DNA of 64,000 bases, from positions 1-64,000 of the forward strand of contig SNRW01000001.1 in the NCBI GenBank assembly GCA_008636045.1, read 5' to 3'. Below, one piece after another: positions 41,982 through 53,211 of the stretch (the stretch's first letter is position 1; the number at the start of each line of letters is the position of its first letter). A model generated the notes under the pieces. That model worked only from the letters and a program-made list of their open reading frames with translations, was not told the DNA's origin and did not search any database. A program made the translations under genes and the position numbers. The DNA is from Streblomastix strix. Its lineage: Eukaryota.

Positions 41982-42377
41982 ATGGCTTCAAATATGACTT
42001 CAGTTTAAAATATAACGTTTTACATTTGAACATAAAATGACGGAGTTGTTATTGCTTAGAACGATTAGAATGGAGTTAGTTTTGCATTACTATACGCGTT
42101 TGTAAATTCAGATAATTAAAGAAAAATTGTATTCTGCTAATGCCATTGCTTAAACTAAGGCATTAGCGAGGACATTTCTGTTCATAGTTCAGTGGTTCAA
42201 GAAGAGTAGTATTTCGATAAGTTTGTTGGCTATTGTAATGAATAACGTGTTTATAAGCCATATTTCTAATACAACCACAACAGATATTTATACATATGGT
42301 TCCGTTAAAACTAAGAATTATTGGATATTAATTAATAATAATTAAAATTTGTTCTTGGTTTGAAGCTGGAATACTGA
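41982..42377 (+). pseudogene. Small minor capsid (penton-like) protein, copy A
   Basis: ~131 codons with one in-frame TGA (42027); FVNSDNQRKIVF, SVHSSVVQEEQYFDKFVGYCNE, IWFR, KFVLGLKLEY*; homologous to 61266-61658. Confidence 0.55.
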
Positions 42378-42668
42378 TAAAAATTATTTTTTTTAAGGGC
42401 TTAATTTAGTCCCATGATTGATACGAATATTTTTGTTCAAATCGTCAGGCCTCGCTACCTCCAAAAAAATGGATGTAGGTTATTACTAGTACATTTTTGT
42501 TTAAATAGGGGGTCAGCTCAATTTGAGCCAACTAAAATTAAGATAAAAATACTCGTGATTTTGAGTCGGCTTCCAAAAAAAAGGCGGACCAATTAATGCT
42601 CAAACAAATATTATTTCAAAATTAATCGTTTTAATTTATATAAATTCAACTTTTTATCAGTATATAAA

Positions 42669-43510
42669 ATAAAAGCAGAAATAGCAACAACATAATAAAT
42701 TACTTCAAACAATGAAACTTTCATTAGTGGTTCTTATCTAATGTTCGAAATAATAATTCGTAATAAGGATGGATATGTAAATTCTACAAAAGTAGTTTAA
42801 TAAATCAATGAAAAAGAGAATTTTAATAAGAAACTTAAAATATAATATGATAATCAATGTGTAAAGAGCATAAAGAGTTTTAATGAATTAATGTGCATGC
42901 TAGAAAACCAGCCAGCCCATTCTTGAGAATCAATTAGTTAATAAATATTTAAATAATGTTAGAGGAACATATATTTATAAAGATTTAATAAACATAATAT
43001 GTATGAAAACATCAATAAAATCTTTATATCTTACCAATTAGATAATCAATGTATATAATTCGAATTCTAAGCTCAAGAAGATTAGACATCCATGGCTTAT
43101 TTTACAGAAGAAAACGTTTAATTAGTTATAGAAGAATTAAAAGTAGTAATAAATTAAAAAGATAATGATTTAAAACAATTGAAACCAAGAGCTGTTCAAT
43201 AAGCCAAAGAAACTGCATATGTTCTAGCCGTTTAACATATAGAGGTCGATGATTAAAATAATATAATATTAAAAGTTCGAATAAGTGATATGAAATGGAT
43301 TTGCCGTAAATTGATGCAAGATTTAAAAGATGCATTGTCGTACTATGATTAAGAATATATTGCATTGACCAAAAATGAAGCTATCAAAAAAATATTTAAA
43401 TAAAAATATGGAAAGAATTTAATTTAAAGGAATCATATATATATTCAATGAAGATTTAACAGATTATGTCATAAATAAAATTTAAGAATATATAAATACA
43501 TAATTTGTAC
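42669..43510 (+). pseudogene. KilA-N domain protein, copy A
   Basis: IIIRNKDGYVNSTKVV and VRGTYIYKDLINII (KilA-N signature segments); disrupted downstream; homologous to 60300-61191. Confidence 0.75.
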
Positions 43511-43553
43511 TAAAATTATGAACAATAATTTAATTTATTTTTGCTGAAATTAA

Positions 43554-43910
43554 ATGGAAAGAATATTATTTGACAAAAAAAATCAATATATTTTCATCGA
43601 AATTATAAATAGAAACGGATGAATAAGAAGAAATACCTCTCGAGGAGGGGTCCAAGGATCGACTAACGGAGCCAAATATTTTGAGACCTTAAATGATTTC
43701 AAATAATTTATTTCCTAAAATTAATAATAATTATTTAAACTAACAACGTAAAAATTAAATAAATTATATAATTTAGAAGGCTATAAACTATCAAAAATAG
43801 AAGGTCAAATATGCATAAGAACTTGTGCTAAATACTAATTAAGTAAGATTGAGTATAAATTAGACTAGTTTTTGGATGTTCTGAGTCATTTAGTCGATGT
43901 GCTGAAATGA
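43554..43910 (+). pseudogene. Small conserved viral hypothetical protein (ORF-X), copy A
   Basis: MERILFD...KLNKLYNLEGYKLSKIEGQICIR aligns with MYRVLFD...RLNKLYKVEGYIFTRQNEQIALK at 59871-60275. Confidence 0.55.
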
Positions 43911-43914
43911 ATGA

Positions 43915-44990
43915 CTTTTTTCGATGCTTTCATATATAGTATCTTTCTCTGTTTCCCTTTTGCTTTCTTTATCATGAACGCTGTGTTATATACTTTAATC
44001 TATTCTTTTCAAATTGATATCTCAAAATTCTCCATCAATTCCTCTTCTAATATTATCTAATATTCCTTCGCTTCATCTTCTGTACCTGTGAATATCGTTA
44101 TCTTAGTTGTTGGTCTAATCTGCTGATGTTTTATTAATTTTTCAGTTAGAGGAGGAATCCATATTTGACAAAATCTTTCATTTTAATTATTTTCCATTGT
44201 CATGAACACCAAGCTGCTTGAACCCCATTCTTGTTTGGTGTTTATTCATTACCATTGTCGGTTTCACCATTCTCAAGATATCCTCCCTATATTCTTTCTT
44301 CCTGCTCTTTATAACAAGTCCAACTGTTCCTGCTAATCTGTCTCTGAGTCAATCACTATTACAATCTGATAATTGGGTGCGTGTATCGGTTTTTTGTTTG
44401 TTTGATTTTGAATTGATCTTGTTGCCTTTTAGGAGTTTGGGGGACATATCTTCAGTAACTGGGGCTACATCTGCCTTTTTTCTCCGATTCTACTGAGGTG
44501 TGAAGTGGTTAAGAGTGTCGGAGTTGGCTCTAGCTTCGGGACTCCCTAAGGACTTATTGGGTACGGACTTTAGTTAATCTGTTTTGCTTCTAGTATCATG
44601 GTCATTGGTTGGTTGCATCCTTTGTTTGGGTACTACAACTTTCCCTTTAACTTAACCTAATTCTGAAGGTGTGGTGATTAGAGAAGGTTGGCCTTTGGGT
44701 TGTGAAGTGTTTGGATTTCTTAATTCTTATTTGGAATGAGTTGTATGAGATAATCCTATTTCTCCTGTATTATTATTTACACTATCTTGTTGATGTTGGA
44801 TTTCGTTGTTGGATCATTATTTGTTTTTGTTTCTTTCAATTTATGTATCATTTACTTGCTAGTTATTTTTTAAATCTCTAGTGCTATTGATTAATTGGTG
44901 GTTTAAGTTTCCATTTTCGTTTGTTGCTGCCTGTAACTGAGTCCGGCAACCGTTTTCTACAAGTTCATCAGTGGTGAGAGAAAAAGAAGC
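43915..44990 (-). mobile_element. Truncated, degenerate DIRS-like/Ty3-related retrotransposon fragment (low-complexity upstream region plus start of reverse transcriptase)
   Basis: WKIIKMKDFVKYGFLLQ, then FTGTEDEAKEYQIILEEELMENFEISI*KEQIKVYNTAFMIKKAKGKQRKILYMKASKK, which matches the RT N-terminal pattern (..F.IKK..GKWR.ILD...LN). It breaks off before the catalytic motifs; GC content is higher than the flanks. Confidence 0.65.
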
Positions 44991-45000
44991 CGGCCCTTAC

Positions 45001-45833
45001 ATGACAAATGCATCTCAGTTATTCGGTCCTGAAAACCATATGGTATTAATATCGATATGAGTAGTAAATGAAAAAGGATGATGCCCTCACATTGATAAAC
45101 GCAGTGATTTGCCCACATCAGAAATACCCAGTGATATTACGAATTGCTGACATATGAAAAACGAATAGATTATCCAGAACCGAAAATCGAGGAATAAATT
45201 TGATGTTAATAAAGAAATACGGATAAAATAATAAACAATAACATTTATGAATATCATTAGTAATGAAAAATAATTGATATGATTTATGATATACATTTAC
45301 GATAAAAAATAATTGATATGTTTTATGATATGCGTTAATAAAAATTAATAATTGATTTGATTTCCGAACCTCACAAACGAATAGGATTTAAGCAATATTT
45401 CGGGCACCATCCTTTTTCATTAACTACTTATAGCCCAAATCAATGATTTGACCGATGCGTACTAACTTATATTGATTATTTGACTATGTTCGATTAAGTT
45501 TTCATTGATGAAATTGGGATAATGGTACCGAGTAACTGGTCGACGGATGAAATACATTATTTGATGAAATTGATGGTGATGAACAGTTTCAGAATTGATT
45601 AAAATGGTTGTTTTTGGAATGTACGAGTAGGATATGACCTTAGGATAGCCTGTGAGAGTTATATGAAAAATTAGGTTTTTAATCAGAATTTTGACCTATT
45701 ATAAATTTATTTTACTATTATTAAATAGACTGAAAAATCATGGAAAAATTTAAGTTTTTTGAATGACCTGAGAATCAATGTAATAGTTAATGTTGATACG
45801 CTGATCACAAATATAATGTTTAAAATGAGTTGA
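45001..45833 (+). pseudogene. Degenerate hypothetical ORF containing a ~39-bp tandem duplication
   Basis: Coding-like frame with several TGA stops and a frameshift; duplicated aaaaataattgatatg.tttatgatat at ~45266-45345. Confidence 0.3.
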
Positions 45834-45999
45834 TGGACTATTGATTCGGTCCAATTAAGCGGAACAATGAAAAAGATTAATGGAGTGGCTAAATGATATG
45901 AAATGTCCGTGCAAATAAAGTATTGCAGCCCAAATGAATGATGGGACAAAATGATCTGTCCTCATTAGTATGTGCATGCTAGCGGAGTGGGCAAATTGA

Positions 46000-46350
46000 A
46001 TAATTATCCATGTGGGACAGTTTTGGGATGGGACAAATCCGTGGACTCCTGTGAAAAAATGCTGCCATAATGCCATTCATGCCATAAATTTGAATCATGG
46101 ATAAATAATGTGAATTGACCATGTCAGCTTCGCTGGCTTTTGCAAAAGCAAAGTGCACCGAGTCAACCGAGTGCACCGAATCATAAGTTGACAGGTTGGA
46201 TTCCCGCCATATATTAGACATAATGCCATAAATTTGAATCATGAAGGAATGATATGAATTGTCCGTGTGTCCTGAGTGTCCTGAATGTCCTGAGTGTCCT
46301 GAGTCACAAGCTGAACAGCTCGGATTCCCGCCATTAACCATAATGTCATT
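46000..46350 (+). repeat. Three tandem diverged copies of a bipartite repeat (9-bp array plus GCCAT triplet) upstream of the primase-helicase gene
   Basis: gtgcaccga-gtcaaccga-gtgcaccga (46152) and gtgtcctga x4 (46267), each followed by ggattcccgccat..cataatg(c/t)cat; tgccataaatttgaatcatg occurs at ~46080 and ~46224. Confidence 0.85.
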
Positions 46351-46405
46351 AATTAAATAAAAATTATTTTTCTTAAACTATTTGAACTTTTTATCCATAA
46401 GCAAA

Positions 46406-49146
46406 ATGACATCAGAAGAATCCACAAGCGTCGAAACAATCTCAAATCAATCCATAAACGTTAAACATATTACATTAGAGAAACGTTCAAAAAGATAATA
46501 TAATCGTAAATCGAAAACGGATAATAAAGCTAAAGAATTAATGGACAAATTACTAGAGGAATAAGAATTAGTGAGAATCAAACGTGAATGAGATGAATTT
46601 GATGCGTAAAAGAAAGAGGTTGAAGAATAATAATCTACGAGACATTTAATTGAAGACATTGATCAGAAATAGCAAAAGGAATAGTAAAAATAAGAATAAT
46701 AGATAGAAATGGATTAGCTTTTAAAAAACCTCATACCAATTGCCGCATAAATGAAGGAAGAAACAGTTAGTAAAACTATCATGGAACGAGTTAAGAATGC
46801 AATGATTAACACAGTAAATTATACTAAAATAGGTTAAAAAGAAGGTGAGAAAAAATAAGTAACAGGTAAGTTAATTGATTTAACTCTAGTTGAAGATGGT
46901 GATTTATGCGTGATTGATTTCGATATTAATAAGAAACTATCAATTGAAGAAACTGATAAAATAAGATAAAACATAATAGATAATATGCTTCCTGCTAATG
47001 TAAGTCTTGTTAAGACTGCACATGGAGGATTGCATGCTTATTGTAATAGAGATGGACACACCTTACCTTCGAATAGATGTATGAAATGTATTGTATTAGA
47101 TAATATTGAGATTGATATATTTGGATAGATGTTTAAGTATAAGGAACATGGCAGAATGGAATAAAAGGAACTTGTATAGAATCGAGTAGTTGGTCCAAAC
47201 TCATCATTCCAAGAAACAAAAAATAATAAAAGAGAGACACTTAAATATGAAGCTATTAATGATTGGGCTAATATGACACATTTAGCGAGTCTGAAAGAGA
47301 TCTTAGATAGCTGGAATGTCGATATTGAAATACCGTTCAAAGAATACATAGAAAAGGTAAACATGAGAGAATTTGGTTGGCAAATCACAGAAAAAGGAAC
47401 TATTGATAAGATGAATGATGAAATTGCATAAGCATGTGTTAATGGATTGAGGAATCTTGAAATGCATAACTATCCTTAACCAATCAATATGGAAGTATCA
47501 ATATTAAGTGTATTTTCAGGAATTTATGGAATCACTAATGAGAAGATTAGAGCTGAAGGAATGAAAAATATACGATAATTCATTAAGCTAACTCCAAACG
47601 CTGAAAAGAACTATGGTGAAGCATCATTTAGTGGAGAACGTAAGCCGAATCCATGGATTCTTACAAAAATCCTAAGACACCATAATAAAGATTACTACGA
47701 ATAGACAATTAAGCCACTATTGAAACAGAATTATGAAGTGAAAAAATAATAGAAAATATCAGATACAGTGTAATAAATTGAGAAGCATGAAATTGACTTG
47801 AAAGATCAATTCACATTAATAGATGTATCTAGCAAAGCATTAAATGGAAAATATGAAAATAAATTAGAGTTAGTTGCATAAGATTTATTGAGAATAATTA
47901 AAGTTATTCCTTGCTAAAATGGATGGTGCTTTATCATTAAAGAATACGATTGTATCGCTGGAAAAAATACTATAAAATATAAATCTAAGACAGCATTATA
48001 TGATTAGTTACGTTCAATCAGATTTTGGTAAGATGGAAAGAAGCATATCACTGCAATCGATGCACTAGAATAATATCATTCATTATTTGAGAAGATTGGT
48101 ATGAAATTCACTAGTAACAATGAAAGTATATTCAGTGTATTCTAAGGATTCAAATATATGCAATTAGATGAAGTGAATTAGATAAAAATAAATCAATTCC
48201 TAGGATTAGTGAAAGATACAATCTCAGCAAATGATGAACGAGTTTATGAATACATATTAAATTGGTTTGCATTCATTGTATTGAATGTTGGAAAGAAAAC
48301 TGAAACAGCTATTATACTTCAAGGATTATAAGGAATAGGTAAGATGTATTCACTAATGTCTTATGCGAATTACTTGCAGGTTATTCTTCAAAGAATATCA
48401 CAGATATAGATGATTTTGTAGGTAAATTCAATATAGCTATCGAGAATAAGATTTTGACAATTGCGAATGAAATGAAGAATTTTGGAGAATCGAGAATGTC
48501 AAACATGGACGCATTGAAATCAATAATTACTGAAAGTTCCTTTGAAATTAATGAGATGTATGTTTCTAAGCATGAAGTTGAGAATGTAGTGAATATAATG
48601 ATTGTTACAAATAATATCTATCCATTAAAGATTGAAAATAGTGATAGACGCTATGTTGTATGCAAATGTCATCCAGTTCATCGTGGAGATTTGAAGTATT
48701 TCACTAACTTGTGCAATAGCTTCGATGATGATTTTTACAATAATTTATTCACATTCTTTATGACTAGAGATATTTCATAATTTAATCCAAGAAACATTCC
48801 AATGATATAAGCTAAGAAAGATATAATAAAAGCATCAATCTCACCAGTAGACGATGTAATAATTAATTATTTTAAATCATTTAGAGATGGAATTACATGC
48901 AATATTGTTGAAGGATGGAAATCATAAGAAATGAAATTAAAGTATTATTAATTTGCGATCAAAAATATATGTGAAAGAGTTAGAAAAACAAGTGGCTGAG
49001 AACGTAAATGGATGTATTAATTGAAAGAAGAAATGATATCAATCAATGAAAGTATGCTAGATGAAGAAACTGATGAGATTGACTCCGTGCTAATGCAACA
49101 AGAGAAAGAATAAGAGATATAGAATGATGGTAATGAATAGATATGA
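46406..49146 (+). pseudogene. Primase-polymerase (AEP/Prim-Pol) fused to D5-like SF3 helicase
   Basis: LCVIDFDINKK (DxD), VKTAHGGLHAYC, Walker A IILQGLQGIGK (frameshift just after, ~48343), LTIANEMKN, IVTNNIYPLKIENSDRRY; premature TGAs at 46589 and ~48998. Confidence 0.88.
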
Positions 49147-49189
49147 AATTATTTTTGCTTGGAATCGTGGAGAATTAATGTGAATGAAC

Positions 49190-49345
49190 TAGTGTCCTGA
49201 GTCGAAGAATTACTATGATTATTGTGTTCTAGAATCATGGGGAATTGATTCAAAATAAAATAGTGTCCTGAGTGACCTGAGTGTCCTGAGTCCGAACTCG
49301 CCATCTTTTTTTCCTGCCATATCAGACATAATGCCATATTGTTCA
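49190..49345 (+). repeat. Left arm of second inverted repeat (pairs with ~49925-50075); also a direct-orientation relative of the 46.2-46.35 kb unit
   Basis: attgtgttctagaatcatggggaattgattcaaaataaaatagtgtcctgagtgacctgagt is the near reverse complement of actcaggacactcaggacactagtctattttgaatcaattctccatgattctagaacacaat. Confidence 0.9.
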
Positions 49346-49438
49346 TTTCGAATCATAATTTGAAGGGCTAGTGAACGTAAATAAATAGGGTGCTGCCATA
49401 ATGGCATTTGCTCAGATTGCTCAAAAAATAATTAAAAG

Positions 49439-49735
49439 TCATTTCAGATAAAACTTATAATGATTGAATTTATTAAGTCTTGTTTCAGTATTCTATATCT
49501 TAGTTAGTCCTTCGAATATGAGTTCATCATATGTAATTAGGAGATATCCATTTATGTCTAATGTTAATAATTTATTTATCAGTTAATCCTTCTCGAAACT
49601 TCTTCTCATTTCTCTCAATGAATTTATCTAAAATTATCTAGCATATTCATTGTAATTATTTTTATCATCGTAATCGAATGGATTATTGTATCTAGATGTA
49701 ATTTTGAATTTATGAGGATCATTAGTCTTTGCCAT
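49439..49735 (-). CDS. Small hypothetical protein (98 aa) between inverted repeats
   Basis: Uninterrupted ATG..TGA frame under TAR=Gln (MAKTNDPHKFKITSRYNNPFDY...HYKFYLK), preceded by a T-rich upstream motif. Confidence 0.55.
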
Positions 49736-49924
49736 TTGTTTTGGAATAAAAAATATAATATGATGAATTAAAATGAGTTAAATGAAAGTTCTGGATAAAT
49801 TGATTGAAATAAACTAGTGTCCTAAGTCGAGGCTTTTGAAATTGGATATGGCGCTATAATAATATATTGCAATTGTATCAAGCTAGTGATGTGGAATATT
49901 AATATCAAATGTCCAAATCAGAAA

Positions 49925-50075
49925 TCTAATGGCAGAATGGTAGATATGGCAGGTATTTAGGCATGAACTTTGTAACTCAGGACACTCAGGACACTAGTCT
50001 ATTTTGAATCAATTCTCCATGATTCTAGAACACAATTTTATCTGACATAATTTGACTCAGTACACTCAGTACACT
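49925..50075 (-). repeat. Right arm of second inverted repeat
   Basis: ctcaggaca x2 and ctcagtaca x2 arrays; atggcag..atggtag..atggcagg is the reverse complement of the GCCAT triplet. Confidence 0.9.
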
Positions 50076-50237
50076 CTGATAAATAACACCATTTGCACAC
50101 ATCATCTCATTAATCATACCATTAACGCACATCATTAGCACAAAAATAAATCCGACCGACGGACCGACCAACTATTATTTTTGTCAATTTTATGGTTTCT
50201 ATCCTGCACACTTGCATACTTGAACAAATCACTTCAT

Positions 50238-50678
50238 TCATCCACATCGTTAACCCACACCATTAGCGCAAAAAATAAATCGTATTTATTAATTATATTG
50301 ATCAATTATATCGCTAATTTAAAGTAAATCCTGTACGTTAGTTATGATAGTTTTCTAAAGATGTCGAATCAAAAAGAGTTATAAATCGTTGGCAGATGCT
50401 CGAAATTCCTATCGCTGAATTCTATATTTCTATTATACACGGGATCGTTACTCTGCGGCAATGCGTTCGGCTTCTTCTTGTGAGCTATGTTTTTTAGGTC
50501 TACCTCTTTATTCTATTTTCTCCTCGTTTAATTATGTCTATTGAATAGGATTTAGTGCTTGATCAATTAAAGGAGCATGAAGGACTTCATCAATTGGACT
50601 GGATTATGCTTCAACTAATTATGGAACTGATTTCTTCGATTGTTTTTTACGGATTTGTTTTGTTTCACTTGCTTGCAT
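50238..50678 (-). CDS. Small AT-hook DNA-binding protein
   Basis: MQASETKQIRKKQ...QRGRPKKHSSQEEAERIAAEQR; the RGRP AT-hook is in frame. 3' end uncertain. Confidence 0.55.
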
Positions 50679-50697
50679 TTCATTTTAAGAAAAATTC

Positions 50698-52029
50698 TCA
50701 ATTTCTTATATTAAATTAACTTTTATAATTTGCTGGTAACGAATTGATATCATCACTAATGAATTTACAGTAATATAATGGTAACTCAATAACATTAATT
50801 TTATCATATGAATTCAATAGTTTACACTCAACATTACCGTTCTTATAAGTAATGAATGTAGCCAATTCATTGAATTAACGTCTTTATTTCTAAAATATTA
50901 TAGGTAATCTGGAGAAATCAGCGTGGATCATTAATATATTTCCACTTTTGAAATTTAATAAATTCTCCTGTTATTGTTTTTGCATCACCTATTCCAATTA
51001 TGCTTATTTTTATCGTATGAATTTATCTTCTAATTTTCTATTATACTACACTTATTTTGGAGTAAATCTGTTCATAAATGCAAGATGTGGTGTTTTATTG
51101 TAAATCTCTACCATTTATTACATCTAACTTGGTGTTGCAAATCTTATTAAATCTTATCCAAACCCATTTCTAATTGTACGAATGACGCTATCATCTACTC
51201 TATTATGCTATGTGAACGGTGAACCTGTAAAATATAGTGAAATCTTATTATCTTCACAAAATTATCTAATTATATTAGCTGTAAATCCAGTTTCACTATC
51301 ACCTCTAAAATTGTTAACATATACTTAATTAATGAGCTTCTTTAATGCTGCTAAAATATACGTAGCATTCTTCTCATCTATAATTAATGGAATCACAATT
51401 AAATATTTTGTATTAATGTTGATCGCAAATAAATAATGCTATCTCCTTCGAGTAACTGGATTGACACCAAATACTAGATCAATCTCCCAAGATCCTAGTT
51501 TTGGAGAAAAATATGGGCGTTAGAGTTTGTTTAAAGGCTTTGCTTTAATGTCTTTGATTTATGTTTATTATATTATCTTCACTTTATTAATTTTTTCATA
51601 TTATTTGATCTTAGATTTGAAAGGAAATAATGAAAGAGGGTTTTGAGGCTATTTGATTCACTAGATTTATTCAGTAACATATGATCTATTAGAGTCTTAG
51701 CTTCTGATAGATCTAGCTCTTCTTAATGGAGCATTATACTTTTATGCTTCTGTTTAATATATTTCGAACCAATCAAGTAGAGTCTTTCCACCAATCTGTA
51801 TTTCATCTGCATGATTAATTAAAACAATTTGTTCTTCCTTACTTGGTGTGATTCGCATATTTGATATAAACTGGTCAAATTTCATTATTCCATTATTTGT
51901 ATTCGCTAATCGTGTGAGTTACTGTTCCATATTATGTGCTTCATATTCTATTTATTCATCTATTTATGCAAATCTTGCCAACAATAATTAGTAAATTTAA
52001 TCTTAATTAGCTTATAGATCTCTGTTCAT
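50698..52029 (-). pseudogene. Retroviral-type (rve/c-integrase) integrase
   Basis: GSWEIDLVF, YLFAININTKYL, FRGDSETGF, HNRVDDSVIRTIRN, YNKTPH; 444 codons with one in-frame TGA at 51658-51660. Confidence 0.88.
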
Positions 52030-52055
52030 TTCATATTCAAAAATAATCATAGACT

Positions 52056-52199
52056 TCAGTGGCAGATCTTACTCTCACAAGCATATTTGATAGCGGCTTT
52101 CCAAATAGTCTTAAAGATAGTGTGCCAATCAATATGTAGCTATTCAAGCGCATCAATGGCTATAGCTATCTTTGCGGATAATGGTTCAAAGATAGGCAT
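52056..52199 (-). CDS. Small hypothetical protein (47 aa)
   Basis: ATG..TGA frame MPIFEPLSAKIAIAIDALEQLHIDWHTIFKTIWKAAIKYACESKICH, preceded by the TTTATTTTTG motif. Confidence 0.4.
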
Positions 52200-52227
52200 T
52201 TTGATTAGAGCAAAAATAAATCAAACT

Positions 52228-52563
52228 ATCATCAATCTTCTCGACAATCTCTTCTAAGTTTTCCATGTAATTATTTCGTGCATCACTATAGTCTTCTAAT
52301 ACATTATGTAATCTATTCTATTATGTATTTTTAACATTTAGATCAATTATCTCTTTCTACAATTTTTATTTTAATAATCCTTGCATTGATGATTCACGTT
52401 ATTTATTAATTTTTGCATCTATTTTTTATTCGCATCTGTCCATACTATCAAGTACCCTTTATAAATCCATCGATAATTTTTATAAAGCTCTTATTTGTTT
52501 CATTTATAATATATATTATTTTAGTGTATTAATTACTTCGTCTTACTATTCTTATTTACTCAT
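52228..52563 (-). pseudogene. Degenerate small helical ORF
   Basis: ATG at 52563 after a TTATTTTT motif; Q/E/K-rich frame with an internal TGA. Confidence 0.3.
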
Positions 52564-52587
52564 TTCGATAATGTAAAAATAATATAA

Positions 52588-53172
52588 TCAAGAGTCAATA
52601 TCGAATAATTTTTTGAACTTATTTAGACAAACTTTTACCAATTTATTTTCTGTATCCATCATATAAACAAACAATGATCCACTTGATTTCATTTTATTGA
52701 CATGTAATTATCTATATGATCTTCCAGTAAAATAATAGAATTCATCAATTTCCTGATCATAGTAATAGAACTCGAAGTGATGTTTTCCGTATTCGTTTAC
52801 AACTATTGCTTGATCCGATAATGAATCTACATAAGTGTATGCTATATTATGATGTGATGTTTTATTTTTCAAATTATCACTTCTAGTTATCCGTCTTAAG
52901 TTAGAAATATGGTAATCTGATCTATTACGATTTACATGATCAACCTCGTTTAGATTATCAGGGTTTGGAATAAAATTTTATGCAACAAGTCTACGTTACT
53001 GATGAATTTTTCCGTTAAGATAAATTACATAATATCCATTAGCTTAATATTGTTCTTTAATTTCTTTGTTATCAATTCGTCGAATCTGATATGGATAAGT
53101 ATCATTGATTTCAAACTCATTATCTGCAAATAACGGAACGAATTAACCTACTTCATTTGCTTCTGTTGTCAT
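52588..53172 (-). CDS. HNH homing endonuclease (NUMOD4/HNH_3, I-HmuI-like)
   Basis: RLVAQNFIPNPDNLNEVDHVNRNRSDYHISNLRRITRSDN; open frame of 194 aa under TAR=Gln. Confidence 0.85.
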
Positions 53173-53211
53173 TTTGTATAGAATAAAAAAATAAATAAGT
53201 TTGTAAATAAA

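Noticed and set aside
46150..46305. Short regular repeats as a CRISPR array or as the SGH-repeat ORFs (45979-46341, 49149-49346)
   Set aside because: Units are contiguous 9-mers with no unique spacers and no cas genes nearby; the SGHSGH translations are by-products of the 9-bp periodicity.
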